NCBI RefSeq assembly: GCF_000143415.4 | Contig: NW_003314373.1 | Location: 186,001-250,000 of the forward strand | Source of the DNA: Selaginella moellendorffii | Taxonomy: Eukaryota > Plantae > Lycopodiophyta | DNA length: 64,000 bases | Direction: 5' to 3' | Part shown: positions 61,681 through 64,000 of the stretch, one piece after another | Position numbering within the stretch: position 1 is the first letter of the stretch | Layout: each line of letters begins with the position of its first letter | Program-made: the position numbers and the translations under genes | Notes under the pieces: generated by a model | What the model was told of the DNA's origin: nothing | The model's database searches: none | What the model saw: only the letters and a program-made list of their open reading frames with translations

Positions 61681-62980
61681 AATAAGAGTAGTTTCGAGTG
61701 TTGACGTCGTTGAAGTCTTACTCCTTTCGAACTCTATTCCTATTCACGCCGTTCGAGTGACTGCCCCACGGCCCATCCCCACTATGAACGACCCGGTCCG
61801 GGTATAGTCTATCTATCTGTGTTTATAGTTTTGTGGTGACCATCGAGAAGCATAAGACTTTATGAATGCAATGCAATTGAGAGTTTTCACTCCACGGCCC
61901 AGGCTCCAGTCCATGCTCCACAGTCCTCGCTTATGCAACGTGGCTTTTTCTCATGAAAAGGGCGAACGACAGTCCTGATTGTCAGCTCCATGGAATAGTA
62001 GGTGTTGCCAATGGCAATCCGCAAGGACACGATTGTGGCAGCATCCATCTCAGGTTTGTTGGACTTGTTTTTTGTATAAAAAGATTTCTGGTTTCATGTC
62101 TTTGTTTCCCCACCCACTTCCTACATAACTTTGTGTTTTAAGAGCCTTTCTAGCTTGTCGTTTAGTACACCTTACAGGTACAAAGGTGTTTTCAAGTATC
62201 TTAAACCAGACTCGGGCCTCAATATCTTGATTGTTCCCATGGGTAAAGATTTCTCCCATTTTCGTTCAAGTATCTAGCCAAATTCCATATCTGGATTATC
62301 GAGTTTGGTAGCATTAATTTGCTCCTCTGCACTTTCTACTGTGGCAGCACTTGATGCTTCGTTTACCAAGGTTACCACAATATTTTTTAACGTGTTTGTT
62401 TGCTTGCGCTCAGGTTCAGGCCTTTCCAGCTCGTCTGCTGGTCAAGTCTACTTTAAACTGGGCCAGGTTTTACGACTGCAACTGATCTGGAACGGTAAGC
62501 TTGTTTATTGTGAACTGAACGTCATGCTCAAGTATCTCGATTACAGGTGAAGATAGGCGATCAGAATATCGAAGATGCTAGCCTCGGTCTTTTATTTGGT
62601 AGTACCGCAAAAAAAAGGTGAACTGTTCTCATACTAATCACTTATAGATTTCGCATCGTTACCTCAGATTGTTGCTGGCAAGAGCATTCCTCAAATCCGT
62701 CCGTGCCAATCTTGTAAGGCTGTTGTTTTGTTCCCTTGAGCGTTTCACAACGCGTTTCTCATTATCAGGTTGTGATGAAGCAACGAGATCTTTAGACTCT
62801 AAATTCTCTTATTCAGAAGAGTTTGGAGGCGCGGGACGAAAGCGATCTGGAGCAGATCAATAGTAGCTGTGCAAGGTTGGTAGCCATGAATTTTTTGAGC
62901 GGGAGATGGAGCTGTTCGCCTAACTAAGATGCTCTTTGAATATCCTTCTTTGACTAGTAGTCATAAGATGCTCTTTGAAT

Positions 62981-64000
62981 ATGCTTCTTTTGACTAGGAT
63001 TGACTACGAACGGAGCCATCTCCTCGATCTTCTCCAGTCATGCCGCTCCATCCCGGCGGCCCACGAAATTCGCAGCCAGATCCAATCCACGCTCGGGGCT
63101 GCCGATGTCTTCGTGCAAAACAAGCTGATCGAGCTCTATGGCCGCGTTGGAAGCCCCCTCGACGCGCAGGAGGTGTTCGATGCCATCGCCCATAATAACT
63201 CCCTCTCGTGGGTCATGCTGCTCAACGCTTACTGTCGCAACAGGCAGCTAGATCGAGCAAACCAGGTTTTTCGCGCGATGCCTCATAGAGATTTAATCTC
63301 GTGGACTTGTCTCCTTACTGCACTTTCCCAAAACGGGCATTTGATTAAAGCCCAACAAGTGTTTGATCAAATGCCTATAAGGGATTTGGTCTGCTGGAAC
63401 TCAATGCTCGTTGCGTACGGAAGAAGCGGAAGAATAGAAGAGGCCGTAAAGGTTTTCGAGGATATCCCCGAGAAAGATCTTATTACGTGGACTTCTGTAC
63501 TTACTGCTTATGCCCATTTTGGGCAGTTGGAAAAGTCACAGGATATCTTTGAGCGAATGCCGCAGAGAAATCTGTTCTCGTGGAATGCTATGTTAGCGCT
63601 CTATGGTGTTAAAGGTTTAATGGAGAAAGCAAATATATTGTTCCAGGTAATGCCCGAGTGGAATTCTGTCTCTTGGACGACGATGCTAGACGAATATTCG
63701 CAAAACGGGTATCTTGGAAGATCTAAACTCGTGTTTGATTCCATGCCAGAGCGGAATTTGATCTCATGGGGCTGCATGCTAGCTGCATATGCACATAACG
63801 GGCACTTAATGGACGCCAAGAGAGTATTTGACACCATGCCAGAGCACAACCTTGTCTGTTTTAATGCCATACTAACAGCATTTGCCCAAAATGGCCATCT
63901 TGCAAAAGCTAAGCATGTCTTTGATACAATGCCGGAGACAAATGTGGTAACGTGGAATGCGATGCTGACGGCATATTTGGACAATGGTCTAGTAGAACAA
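62981..64000 (+). CDS. PPR protein dominated by short (~31-aa) tandem motifs; continues beyond the window
   Basis: Open frame MLLLTRIDYERSH...NKLIELYGRVGSPLDAQEVFDAI followed by repeats such as VFDQMPIRDLVCWNSML. No stop before 64000, so it is absent from the ORF track. Start uncertain. Confidence 0.88.
   Translation, partial: MLLLTRIDYERSHLLDLLQSCRSIPAAHEIRSQIQSTLGAADVFVQNKLIELYGRVGSPLDAQEVFDAIAHNNSLSWVMLLNAYCRNRQLDRANQVFRAMPHRDLISWTCLLTALSQNGHLIKAQQVFDQMPIRDLVCWNSMLVAYGRSGRIEEAVKVFEDIPEKDLITWTSVLTAYAHFGQLEKSQDIFERMPQRNLFSWNAMLALYGVKGLMEKANILFQVMPEWNSVSWTTMLDEYSQNGYLGRSKLVFDSMPERNLISWGCMLAAYAHNGHLMDAKRVFDTMPEHNLVCFNAILTAFAQNGHLAKAKHVFDTMPETNVVTWNAMLTAYLDNGLVEQ

Noticed and set aside
61950-62870. 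Coding-like minus-strand stretches
   Set aside because: Interrupted by stops and not assignable to any family.

Overview
Gene-dense, short-intron plant nuclear DNA. The many PLS/DYW PPR genes and ~50-70 nt introns are most consistent with the lycophyte Selaginella (inferred, not verified). 1-44 kb holds conventional genes: a fasciclin-like AGP, a DUF4079-type membrane protein, a ZTL/FKF1 LOV-F-box-Kelch photoreceptor, a Gly-rich protein with a divergent His/Gly-rich pseudogene, a chromomethylase, three PPR editing factors, a truncated intronless DUSP, an SCPL carboxypeptidase, a MYB80/MS188-like R2R3-MYB, an mL80-like protein, argininosuccinate lyase, an ENODL phytocyanin, TRM1, a LISCL-type GRAS, EB1 and a MIR160 hairpin. 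48.6-60.4 kb is a three-layer LTR-retrotransposon nest. It is followed by a TauD/clavaminate-synthase-like gene and a PPR gene running off the end. The most striking object is the youngest element (50558-58075), a Ty3/gypsy chromovirus with near-identical LTRs that appears to carry up to four short spliceosomal introns. Two must be removed to restore the integrase frame (best supported). One would switch Gag-Pol to Gag only. One spans the LTR end and the primer-binding site, so spliced RNA could be translated but not reverse-transcribed, which would explain how the introns survive retrotransposition. Its 3' UTR is a run of hairpins including two tRNA T-arm-like loops. Splicing is predicted from sequence only.
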